A DNA stretch of 39,364 bases from Candidatus Giovannonibacteria bacterium RIFCSPHIGHO2_02_FULL_44_11. Lineage in GTDB: Bacteria; Patescibacteriota; Minisyncoccia; UBA11713; 2-01-FULL-45-33. This document shows, in pieces, positions 7,480 to 15,559 of this stretch; position 1 is the first letter of the stretch; every line of letters begins with the position of its first letter. Below the pieces are notes generated by a model. It had not been told where the DNA came from. It saw nothing but the letters and a program-made list of their open reading frames with translations, and ran no database searches. The translations under genes were made by a program, and so were the position numbers. Location: the NCBI GenBank assembly GCA_001778595.1, contig MFHL01000004.1, positions 9,235-48,598 on the forward strand. The letters run 5' to 3'.

Positions 7480-8981
7480 GAAAATATTCTATCCAGTTCT
7501 CTTTTATAAATCCTCCATAACTCCTCTTTGTCCCCAGCTCCCTTGCTCCATATGTCCCCATAATTAAAGCTGGAACCCGCGTCAAAAATCGCGGCGACAT
7601 AATTTTCCAATTTCCCTTCGTAATCTTCCGTTCTCAAATTTATGCTTAACACTTCCTTAATTTTTCGGGGCAGAGCGGTAAAATCAGTGTGCTTGAAGAC
7701 ATTGGGGAGCTTCATGGTGGTACCCAAATTTCCCAATTGGATCACGGGCTTACAAAAAAAGGCCGCTTCGCCGATGGTCGTACCGTTGGGGCTTACTATC
7801 AAATCGGCCTTTTTGAATATTTGAACAGTAGGTGTCCGATAATCAATGAATTTCACGTTAGGTGTGCGGGCAACTTTTTCCCAATAGGACATCGGACGCA
7901 ATCCAACCATTTCAGGATGTTCTTTTACAACCAGCGTATAATCGCCCGGAAGAGACATCGCCACCTGTCTGGCCGTTTCGATTTGGTTGCTGAAATTAGG
8001 AGCTATCACATCAATATTAGCTTCCGGCTGGAATTGCAGCGGAAAATAAACGCATTTCCCGACTTTCTCCAAAGGATAGAACTGAAACCGTGAAGCCGCC
8101 CATTTTTGGTATTTGTTCATGTAATGGTCACGAAGCAAAATTTTCGGGGGGCGGTAATCAACGGTTATTCCCGTGGCTTTAACGTAATCAACCGGACGCT
8201 TCCCCATCCACCACTTAAAACACTGATAATAAGGAGATAGTTCTTTTTTTAAGAAATGCCTGAAACCTAATTTCTTCGGCGTTTCGGCAGATACCTTTCC
8301 GTATTCCGCTCTGAATGTTTCAATAAATGAACGGGCTTTGTTTTGATTTGAGCTTTTCTCTTTTTGATTATTTAAATCGTCCAGTCTTTTAAAAAACGGC
8401 CCTTCGCTGTCCTGATAATTATAAGTAAACTGCCAAAATCCTTTTACCGCCCAGGAAGTTATCGCGAACATCGGAATTTTGTTTTTTTTTGCATATAAAT
8501 TGAATATGATGTGCGGCAAAGCGACAAAGTTGGGCGCAATGATAACATCGGGCTTAAACTCGCTGAAAAATACTTTCATGTATTTATAAACGGCTTTTAT
8601 GAAAAGTTCTATTCCTTCATCTGAAACGTTCTGGCGGAAAGAATAGTAATATTTTTCCCTGTACGATTTAACATGATTTCGGAGCGTGTAAGCTAAATGC
8701 CAGATGGAATCGATGCCCAGTTCTCCGCAAATCTCTTCAAAAGAAAAAACATCTCCCGCCAAATACGCCGCCGGGTCGGACATAATCGCATCATTTTCGA
8801 TTATCAGCTCATATTTTACTCCCGGCTGATTCCTTATCAATTCGTCGGTACTTTTTTTAAATGTCAGAGCGGCTAAAACGGCTTCTTCTTCCGATAATTT
8901 TTTCGCCAAAAAACGGCCTATGGTTTTTCCCCATCCGCGCTGTTGAAAAATCAAAACCCGTTTTCCTTTTAGATTATCCAT
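7476..8981 (-). CDS. Capsule-polysaccharide-biosynthesis family protein (KpsS/KpsC-like GT-B), putative glycosyl or ulosonic-acid transferase
   Basis: 501 aa. LVVKEHPEMVGLRP...PNVKFID...ADLIVSPNGTTIGEAAFFCKPVIQLG resembles the '..KxHP...(N)V.....li..a..V.t.nsT.G.EAl..gKPv...G' pattern of KpsS/KpsC-type proteins. A paralog-like protein lies at 28835-30271. Confidence 0.45.
   Translation of the reverse strand: MDNLKGKRVLIFQQRGWGKTIGRFLAKKLSEEEAVLAALTFKKSTDELIRNQPGVKYELIIENDAIMSDPAAYLAGDVFSFEEICGELGIDSIWHLAYTLRNHVKSYREKYYYSFRQNVSDEGIELFIKAVYKYMKVFFSEFKPDVIIAPNFVALPHIIFNLYAKKNKIPMFAITSWAVKGFWQFTYNYQDSEGPFFKRLDDLNNQKEKSSNQNKARSFIETFRAEYGKVSAETPKKLGFRHFLKKELSPYYQCFKWWMGKRPVDYVKATGITVDYRPPKILLRDHYMNKYQKWAASRFQFYPLEKVGKCVYFPLQFQPEANIDVIAPNFSNQIETARQVAMSLPGDYTLVVKEHPEMVGLRPMSYWEKVARTPNVKFIDYRTPTVQIFKKADLIVSPNGTTIGEAAFFCKPVIQLGNLGTTMKLPNVFKHTDFTALPRKIKEVLSINLRTEDYEGKLENYVAAIFDAGSSFNYGDIWSKGAGDKEELWRIYKRELDRIFS
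8146..8151. repeat. G6 homopolymer (C6 on the coding strand) in the KpsS-like gene
   Basis: Read directly. Confidence 0.9.
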
Positions 8982-9042
8982 TTTTTAACGCTTAGTATAA
9001 CTTAGTATTAAAACCTTAGCACGGACGCCGTTGTTTCTCAAC

Positions 9043-9069
9043 AAAAAACCTGCCTTGCCGGCAGGCAGG
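9043..9069 (-). terminator. Rho-independent terminator formed by a CCTGCC..GGCAGG palindrome plus a U6 tail
   Basis: The minus strand reads cctgcctgccggcaaggcagg followed by tttttt. It sits 13 nt after the TAG stop (9082-9084) of the GNAT gene, in the only 100-nt gap of this operon run. Confidence 0.75.
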
Positions 9070-9081
9070 CCGCCCAAATTG

Positions 9082-9531
9082 CTATTGTGGACGGTTTAGT
9101 ATCATCTCCAGACAATCATGCCCTTCATAGTTTACCCGCACGGGCGGCGAATAACCCGCTTTAGCGAAGATCTTTAGCGAAGCAATATTATCGTGCTTGA
9201 TATGGGCAAAAATTGTTTGCACTCGGGGATAGTTTTGAAAAAATAGTATTGCTGTCTCTTGAAGTCCGCGGGTGGCATAACCATTACCACTATTGCGGCT
9301 GGAAACCGAAATACCCACTTCAGCGGATTTACACGACACATCATAGCGTACCTGACCAACCGGACACCCTTCATCAGAACGCAGAATAAAAAAAGAACAA
9401 TTAACATTAACTAAAGATGCCCTCAACCATTTAACGTGGTCTTCCCATTTCACGGGTTTCGCGTTCCATGAAGCGGATCGTACATCCGGCTCATTACGTA
9501 ACTCAAAAAGAAATAATTCATCAGAAAACAT
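9082..9531 (-). CDS. pseH: GNAT N-acetyltransferase, PseH-like
   Basis: The ATG at 9529-9531 gives MFSDELFLFELRNEPDVRSASWNAKPVKWEDHVKWL...; the track start at 9549 is a GTG. GNAT core: GISVSSRNSGNGYATRGL. It overlaps the pseI stop and lies next to the Pse synthase. Confidence 0.6.
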   Translation of the reverse strand: MFSDELFLFELRNEPDVRSASWNAKPVKWEDHVKWLRASLVNVNCSFFILRSDEGCPVGQVRYDVSCKSAEVGISVSSRNSGNGYATRGLQETAILFFQNYPRVQTIFAHIKHDNIASLKIFAKAGYSPPVRVNYEGHDCLEMILNRPQ

Positions 9532-10684
9532 TACTTTGTCTATCCTCACCTGATACCTCCATTTCTGAAGAAATCATGCCATAGATATGCTCTTTTTTCA
9601 ATGGCGTGCAGAATTCAATGTCTTGGGCCGCTGTCTTGTTCATCACTTGATCAAAATATTTGGTATGCAAGCCAAAACCCGGGCGTACGGAGCGGATATT
9701 TTCCGCGGTAAATTTCTCGCCTTTTTTGATGTCTTTGGCCGCAAAAAGTGAGCGCCTCCAGCGGAGATTATATTTTTCCAAGTCGTTGCGGGGACCGTAG
9801 TGCGGTTCGCCCAGTACTTTTTTGTAGCGCTCTTCGTCAAAAACGTATTGTTTTTTCCCATGGAGTATTAGAACGAGTTCTTTCAATTCATCGGGCTCAA
9901 GCGAAAAATCGGCATCCGGACCGCCCAGTTTTCTGTCCAAAATAATATGCTTTTCCACTATCGCCGCGCCGGCGCGCATGGCCATGGCAGGCACATCGAT
10001 TCCTCCGGAGTTGTCGGAAAACCCCGCAACCACTCCCCATTTCTGCGCGATGTCTTGAATAGTCGCCAGATTTGCGTGGTCCTCGTCCGCTTCGCTTTTG
10101 TAATCTGTAATACACTGCAAAATCGCGATATCTTTGGCACCGTTCTCACGGAGAGTTTTCAACGCAAGCTCAACGTCTTCAACACTCGCGTATCCTATGG
10201 ACATAATGACCGGTTTTCCGGTTTGCGCCACGCGCTTAAGCAAAATACAATCGTTAACTTCATAAGAAGCTATCTTATAAAATTGCACATTCATTTTTTC
10301 AAGGAAACCAACGGCAGTTGTGTCAAAAGGAGAAGAAAACAGCAAAATCCCAAGCTCGTCCGCCAATTTTTTCAGCTTCGGCTGCCAATCCCACGGAGTG
10401 AAAGCAGTCTGATAAAGCTGATAAAGCGTCTTGCCTTTCCATAACTCCGGATTGTCCGCTTCTACACCTACCCTAAACCACTCTTTATCGGAATTGAGCG
10501 TTATGGTATCCGCCGTGTAAGTCTGCAATTTTACCGCGTCCGCGCCGGCTTCTTTGGCAGCTCTTACCAAGGCTTCCGCCTCCTTATATTTTTGGTGATG
10601 GTTGCCTGAAATTTCTGCAACAACAAAAACAGGGTTTTCTCCGCCGATTTTGTGTCCATTGATGCTGAATTCCGGCAATATCAT
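9521..10684 (-). CDS. pseI: Pseudaminic acid synthase-type NeuB family enzyme (TIM barrel + SAF domain)
   Basis: 387 aa. FVVAEISGNHHQKYKEAEALVRAAKEAGADAVKLQTYTADTITL, YKIASYEVND, GKPVIMSIG, FSDNSGG and IVEKHI are present. C-terminal SAF-like FTAENIRSVRPGFGL. It carries a ~25-aa C-terminal tail beyond the usual end. Confidence 0.75.
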   Translation of the reverse strand: MILPEFSINGHKIGGENPVFVVAEISGNHHQKYKEAEALVRAAKEAGADAVKLQTYTADTITLNSDKEWFRVGVEADNPELWKGKTLYQLYQTAFTPWDWQPKLKKLADELGILLFSSPFDTTAVGFLEKMNVQFYKIASYEVNDCILLKRVAQTGKPVIMSIGYASVEDVELALKTLRENGAKDIAILQCITDYKSEADEDHANLATIQDIAQKWGVVAGFSDNSGGIDVPAMAMRAGAAIVEKHIILDRKLGGPDADFSLEPDELKELVLILHGKKQYVFDEERYKKVLGEPHYGPRNDLEKYNLRWRRSLFAAKDIKKGEKFTAENIRSVRPGFGLHTKYFDQVMNKTAAQDIEFCTPLKKEHIYGMISSEMEVSGEDRQSNVF

Positions 10685-10729
10685 GCTTAATATATAACTA
10701 AAAAAAACTTATAGAGTTTCTATCAATTT

Positions 10730-11344
10730 TCAAGAAAACTTATATTTTCCTTCGCGGACCTGTAAAGCCCCTGCATCTTCTTTTTTTATTAATTCTTTCA
10801 TTTCAGCACTTTCATACGCTTTTTCTACAATTGCTTTCCACTCCTCCGGTTTCTTTTCAATCAATATTTCTTCAGCAGAAGCAAAATTTATCTTTCCGGC
10901 GGCATCTTTCACTAGAGGCGCGTATTCCACCATCGCCCGAATTCTCGGCAAATGATAACGGTTGGAGATAATAGTTATCTCACTAGCAGAAACTTCTTTC
11001 GCAATTTTCATCAATTCCTGCAACTGTTGGTAAGTGGTACCTGAATTTTTCTCTTCAATAATTTTTTCATCCGGAACGCCAAGTTCCGTCAGTTCTTTTT
11101 TTAAAATTTCCGCCAATGTTGGCGCATCGGGAATATCCTTCATCTGTCCCTTGCCGCCAAGAGCTAAAATTAGCGAATCAAAATTTTCCTTGTATAGAAA
11201 ACATGCGGCCAGAACACGCAAAACACTGCCCGGGGCGCCGTAGATCTCGTCGTCAAAACCAACAGATCGCCAAACACAGTCAGTGCCTTTGTTTACTCCT
11301 CCTCCTAATATCGCGATTATTGTTTTCAATTTTTGGTTCTCCAT
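10730..11344 (-). CDS. DUF218 (YdcF/SanA/ElyC-like) domain protein
   Basis: 204 aa. IAILGGGVNK...LILALGGKGQ...IISNRYHLPR fits the DUF218 Rossmann-like pattern. Confidence 0.55.
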   Translation of the reverse strand: MENQKLKTIIAILGGGVNKGTDCVWRSVGFDDEIYGAPGSVLRVLAACFLYKENFDSLILALGGKGQMKDIPDAPTLAEILKKELTELGVPDEKIIEEKNSGTTYQQLQELMKIAKEVSASEITIISNRYHLPRIRAMVEYAPLVKDAAGKINFASAEEILIEKKPEEWKAIVEKAYESAEMKELIKKEDAGALQVREGKYKFS

Positions 11345-11403
11345 CTAAATATAAGTAAACATAAAATAGAAAAATCGTCAAGCGAAGATAAAAACCTTTA
11401 TAA

Positions 11404-12306
11404 CTAAATTTTTTCTTTTTTAGCCAAAACCAAAAACTCTCTGCCGATATTGTTTTTGGCCAAAAATTTATAAAAATCCTCCAATATTGCTTTTCCGTAT
11501 TTGAGCATATTAATCTCGAACTCCATTCTTTTGGCATGGCATTTCTTACCGATATCATCATGGCCGACATAATTTGCTCCGGCCAGCAAAAAAAACTCCA
11601 TCGGAAAGGTTCCGAGATTTTCCAAAACCATAAACCCGTTATTTTTCAAAAGACCTCTAATTGAATGGAAGTCGAAATAATTTATATGTTGCGGAGGCGC
11701 AACCCACCAAGCCGGGTATCCTAGCCTTTCCTTCAGTATTATTTGTAGCGGGTTATATTCGTTGGGTGAGACAACACATATAATCCCGCTGGGTTTTAAA
11801 ACCTTATTCGCGTTTTCAATTAACGCGCGCGGATCTAACACGTGTTCAAGCACGGTATTCATATAAACCACGTCAAATTGACCGATTTGACCCGCAATAT
11901 CAGCTGAAAAAAAAGAGTTTATAGCTTTTACTCCCAGCTTGCCGGAATACTCATACGCTTGCGGAGAAGGCTCAATGCCCAGCGTATCCCATCCGGATTC
12001 CTGTCCGCATTTCAAAAAGTAACCCGGTCCTGACCCAATCTCTAACAACTTTCTGCCTTTTGTAAATTTTTCGAACAAATGATAATAACTGCGATAAGTT
12101 TCCATCCACCATTCCCGATCCGCTTCAACCGATGCGAAATATTTCGGCTTCGCAGTCGAATAAAATTCTTCTTTATATAAAACGTCTAATTCTTCCAGAG
12201 TAGGAAAAGGGACGACGTGTTTAAATTTGCACGCATTACATTCGATAACGTTAAAATGACCTGCAGAATCGATGACTGGCCCTTCGTGTTTGATAGACTT
12301 TTTCAT
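11404..12306 (-). CDS. Class I SAM-dependent methyltransferase
   Basis: 300 aa. N-terminal Cys pair (ECNACKF), motif I LLEIGSGPGYFL, then DVVYMNTVLEHV. Confidence 0.8.
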   Translation of the reverse strand: MKKSIKHEGPVIDSAGHFNVIECNACKFKHVVPFPTLEELDVLYKEEFYSTAKPKYFASVEADREWWMETYRSYYHLFEKFTKGRKLLEIGSGPGYFLKCGQESGWDTLGIEPSPQAYEYSGKLGVKAINSFFSADIAGQIGQFDVVYMNTVLEHVLDPRALIENANKVLKPSGIICVVSPNEYNPLQIILKERLGYPAWWVAPPQHINYFDFHSIRGLLKNNGFMVLENLGTFPMEFFLLAGANYVGHDDIGKKCHAKRMEFEINMLKYGKAILEDFYKFLAKNNIGREFLVLAKKEKI

Positions 12307-12308
12307 AA

Positions 12309-14339
12309 TTATAGATATGCCTTATTATTATCGTCAGTTATTTTTTTTGCGGAAATAGTCATAGAAAAGTGCGCTTTATATATTTCTTTGCCGGTGACTT
12401 GCGCAAATGTAGTATCATCAATCTCGCCTAACGAATAAAAAGACCGCAGAAAAAATGTCCCCGGCAACCGCCGAAAATGAATCATGGGCAAGGAAGCGCA
12501 TTGGCTCATATCCGTCTCTATAAGAATTTTCTTTTTCGCATCTCCCAACTCCAAAAGCCCTGCCGTATTTCCGAGCGCACTTGGAGCACTTACCATAAGA
12601 GAAACCGGGTCTTTATCGATAGAATTTACATTTCGCAAGGAAAACCTTTCAATATTTTTCCCTCCGTTGTGACAGGCAAAATACAAGCTATCGCCGTCAA
12701 AAGCTTCCGGTTTAAGCGTTATAAAGCCGGTACGCCAAGAAACTGGGTCAGGAATCATTAAATGAAAAAGATAATCTAGCTCCACTTCGTTTTTATGCGA
12801 AAAAATAGTTATCGTTTTTTCAATAAAACCGCGGCTGACCTGATGACGCGCCGAAACCAAAAACGGCATCTTACAGGAAATAACAAGATTATTTTGCTTA
12901 TAAAAAATTTTGGGACGCACATCAATAAGATCCGTCATTTGAGATTTTCCCGGAATTCCGATGACGGTGTGACAGCTGAAAAAATCAGCACCCAACCGTA
13001 TGTCGTCGAAATAACCATGCGGAAGCTCGCCCAAAAGCGGTTCGACCGAAACCTTCTTAAAAACCATAGAATCAATAACAAGTCCCTTTGATAGATTAAA
13101 AACAATTTTTATCCCTGAAGATTCGACGCTCAAGCGGCCTCCCGACCGCTTAAAAATGAATTTTTCTTTTTTTACGGGTTTTAAAAGAGGCAGAGCGGGA
13201 GAATTTTCAGTTTTCTTCAGCATTCTAGATAATCTGCTACGGAACTCTTCAAGGCGTTTTTTTTCAATATGGGTACGAAAATCGCTTGCCCACAAAAAAC
13301 ATAATTCTTTCCACAAAGGATCCGTCTCATTTTTTAAACGGTTTTTAGCAAGTTCTCTCAAATTATTATAGACCTGATAACATTTTGTATTTATGTCAAT
13401 ACTGTTACCGGAAAGACCCCAGCGGGTAATATTGTATTTTTCCTGTTTCTTTACCGGAATTGGGTCTTCAGGAGACTCCAGCCTGATTTCCTTAAAACTA
13501 TGTTTCCTGTCTTTCTCTAAATCCAAAACCTCCGAAGGAAGAATTATCCTGATATTTTCTTCCCGGGAAAGCGCTTCGAAAAGCTTGCTGATTTTACCCC
13601 ATTCGCCTTTAACCGCCCTGCCCTCGATCTTTGATGCGTAACGCCTCGTTCGAAAATCAAAAATTTCGGTATCGCTACCGTAAAGCATATAAAAACGCTC
13701 GCCTTTCTGCGGTTTTTGCGAGCGTATATAAGCAAGATACTCGTCCAATTCGAGCACGCCGTTGACGTACCTCTGAAATTTCTGAAATGCGATGCAGTTG
13801 CTCCAAATCACCGGAATTTTTTTTGCCGTATTTCCCAAGGCGATTTGCGGATGATATCTCCATTCCTTTTTCCATTCAGGATGGAACTGCGCAGGATTGT
13901 TCCAATCCATTATTATAGCCTTATATCCGCTCTCAATAAAATATTCTATTAATCCGGAAGAATAAGCATTCTCGGTCACCGCCGCAATCCTGGGCCTTTC
14001 GCGCAGAACATCTTTGTAAGTTTGCAGCCCGAGGATATGGTTATATTTATTAACCTCTGCGGGAACCAAAGGACCAATAATATGAGAATAACCGTCGCCT
14101 ATCAATTCACATTTTCTTTCTTTCAAAAGTTCCTTAAATTTTTCAATCCATGCAGAGTCCAGATCTTTAATAATCTCGAGCGTGGTCCCGGAAGGTTGAA
14201 CCCCGATTCGAAATCCTTTTTCTATAAGACCTAATAACGGCCAATAACATTTTTTGATTACTGTTATTCTGTCTTCGACACCAATCGAAGAAAACATTAA
14301 ATTTAGATAGAAAATGCCGTATAAATTCAAATTATCCAT
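12309..14339 (-). CDS. GH57-like (glycoside hydrolase 57 / GH38 / CE4-type barrel) protein with a large C-terminal extension
   Basis: 676 aa. ELIGDGYSHIIGPLVP matches the GH57 'E....YYH.I.PL' region. AVTENAYS is a candidate nucleophile Glu and YGSDTEIFDF a candidate acid/base Asp. The N-terminal 'HQHQP' region is not conserved (FYLNLMFSS). Assignment is by eye. Confidence 0.5.
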   Translation of the reverse strand: MDNLNLYGIFYLNLMFSSIGVEDRITVIKKCYWPLLGLIEKGFRIGVQPSGTTLEIIKDLDSAWIEKFKELLKERKCELIGDGYSHIIGPLVPAEVNKYNHILGLQTYKDVLRERPRIAAVTENAYSSGLIEYFIESGYKAIIMDWNNPAQFHPEWKKEWRYHPQIALGNTAKKIPVIWSNCIAFQKFQRYVNGVLELDEYLAYIRSQKPQKGERFYMLYGSDTEIFDFRTRRYASKIEGRAVKGEWGKISKLFEALSREENIRIILPSEVLDLEKDRKHSFKEIRLESPEDPIPVKKQEKYNITRWGLSGNSIDINTKCYQVYNNLRELAKNRLKNETDPLWKELCFLWASDFRTHIEKKRLEEFRSRLSRMLKKTENSPALPLLKPVKKEKFIFKRSGGRLSVESSGIKIVFNLSKGLVIDSMVFKKVSVEPLLGELPHGYFDDIRLGADFFSCHTVIGIPGKSQMTDLIDVRPKIFYKQNNLVISCKMPFLVSARHQVSRGFIEKTITIFSHKNEVELDYLFHLMIPDPVSWRTGFITLKPEAFDGDSLYFACHNGGKNIERFSLRNVNSIDKDPVSLMVSAPSALGNTAGLLELGDAKKKILIETDMSQCASLPMIHFRRLPGTFFLRSFYSLGEIDDTTFAQVTGKEIYKAHFSMTISAKKITDDNNKAYL

Positions 14340-14343
14340 TTTT

Positions 14344-15558
14344 TTATTTGTTTATGTGCTCAACTTCTATATGTACTGTTTTTAGAGCATTTTCTGCAAG
14401 TTTGATGGCGGTTTCACGGTCATTAGCAATTGCCGCCAAATAAAGCGGTCTATTAATATAACTGGAAGGGGCCAAGATATCTCCGAGATTTACGTTCCTT
14501 AAAAAAATAACCAATTTTACCCCGGGCTGGTCTTTAAGACTTTTCAGTCCGGTTAATTTGGATACTTTTCCCGGCTTATGAAAATAATAGCGATGGGCCA
14601 TGGCCTTAGTGAATTTAGGTTCGAGTAGCGACCGCGGGACTTCCATGCCCACGGCCCAGCGTACAAGGGTTTCCATGGGATCAACACCTGTTAAAAAGGG
14701 CAGTATCATAGGAAAAAGAGGACTAAAACGAGAAGTAACTTCAAGGACTTTTACGCCTTCAACAGTTACAATCAGGTCGCCCTTAGTAGGTCCCGCTTTG
14801 ATACCCAACGCCATAACGGCTTGCGAATAAACTTTATGGGCTTCTTTTACAATCTTCGGCGGTAAACGTGTAGGAAATGTACATCCGTCTTCCATGAAAT
14901 AAGGATAAAAGCCTGGTATATAATTCCTGTCAAAAAAACCATGAATCAGTACTTCTCCGTCCAAAACAAACCCTTCAATTGATATTTCGTCACCTTGAAG
15001 CAACTCTTCAACAATAACAATTCCATCGCTCGAATATGTTTTGGCTTCGTCATAAGCCAACAACCATTCTTTCTCCGAGTCAACAATACGTACGCCGCGC
15101 GACCCGGAATTATCCGATGGCTTTACAACAAATGGAAAGTTTATATTCGGCAATACTGGAGAATCAATTATTTCAAATCTCGGAATCGGAATACCTGCGT
15201 CCTGCAAAAGAGTTGAACGAGCACATTTATTTGTTGTATTAAAAGCGGTTTCTTCTGAAGACCATATCAAGTTAAATTCTTTTGCTATTGCGCTTGCCAA
15301 TGGAGAAACCTCGATGCCTGAAGCTATAACACCGGAATACTTGAGCCCGGCATCTTTAAGCTTGGTCAAGCATTCTTTTATATTATTGTTGTTCACACTA
15401 ACTAAAATATATTTATCCGCGATCTTAATAGCGTCCGCTTTAGGATTATAGTCTAATGCTACGGTTTTTAAACCTAATTTTGCAGCCTTTTCATAGACCG
15501 CAACTTGCTGTGGCCCAGCACCTAATATAATCAAGTATGAATTTTTATCTAGCACCAT
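14344..15558 (-). CDS. ATP-grasp ligase
   Basis: 404 aa. LIILGAGPQQV pre-ATP-grasp Rossmann N-terminus, then PFVVKPSDNSGSRGVRIV, IVIVEELLQGDEISIEG and LEVTSRFS. Confidence 0.8.
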   Translation of the reverse strand: MVLDKNSYLIILGAGPQQVAVYEKAAKLGLKTVALDYNPKADAIKIADKYILVSVNNNNIKECLTKLKDAGLKYSGVIASGIEVSPLASAIAKEFNLIWSSEETAFNTTNKCARSTLLQDAGIPIPRFEIIDSPVLPNINFPFVVKPSDNSGSRGVRIVDSEKEWLLAYDEAKTYSSDGIVIVEELLQGDEISIEGFVLDGEVLIHGFFDRNYIPGFYPYFMEDGCTFPTRLPPKIVKEAHKVYSQAVMALGIKAGPTKGDLIVTVEGVKVLEVTSRFSPLFPMILPFLTGVDPMETLVRWAVGMEVPRSLLEPKFTKAMAHRYYFHKPGKVSKLTGLKSLKDQPGVKLVIFLRNVNLGDILAPSSYINRPLYLAAIANDRETAIKLAENALKTVHIEVEHINK

Positions 15559-15559
15559 A

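Noticed and set aside
8482-8490. T9 run (A9 on the coding strand), with a similar T9 at 32935-32943, as phase-variation tracts
   Set aside because: A/T runs encoding Lys-Lys-Asn are expected by composition in an AT-rich genome. Only the G/C tracts are compositionally surprising.
9643-10444. Cluster of 63-165-aa ORFs in several frames on both strands
   Set aside because: All lie inside pseI. They are explained by the locally higher GC content (fewer stop codons), and none has recognisable motifs.
11280-11570. 96-aa minus-strand ORF bridging the 11345-11403 gap
   Set aside because: It overlaps both the methyltransferase 3' end and the DUF218 gene 5' end out of frame. The sequence is low-complexity with no motif.
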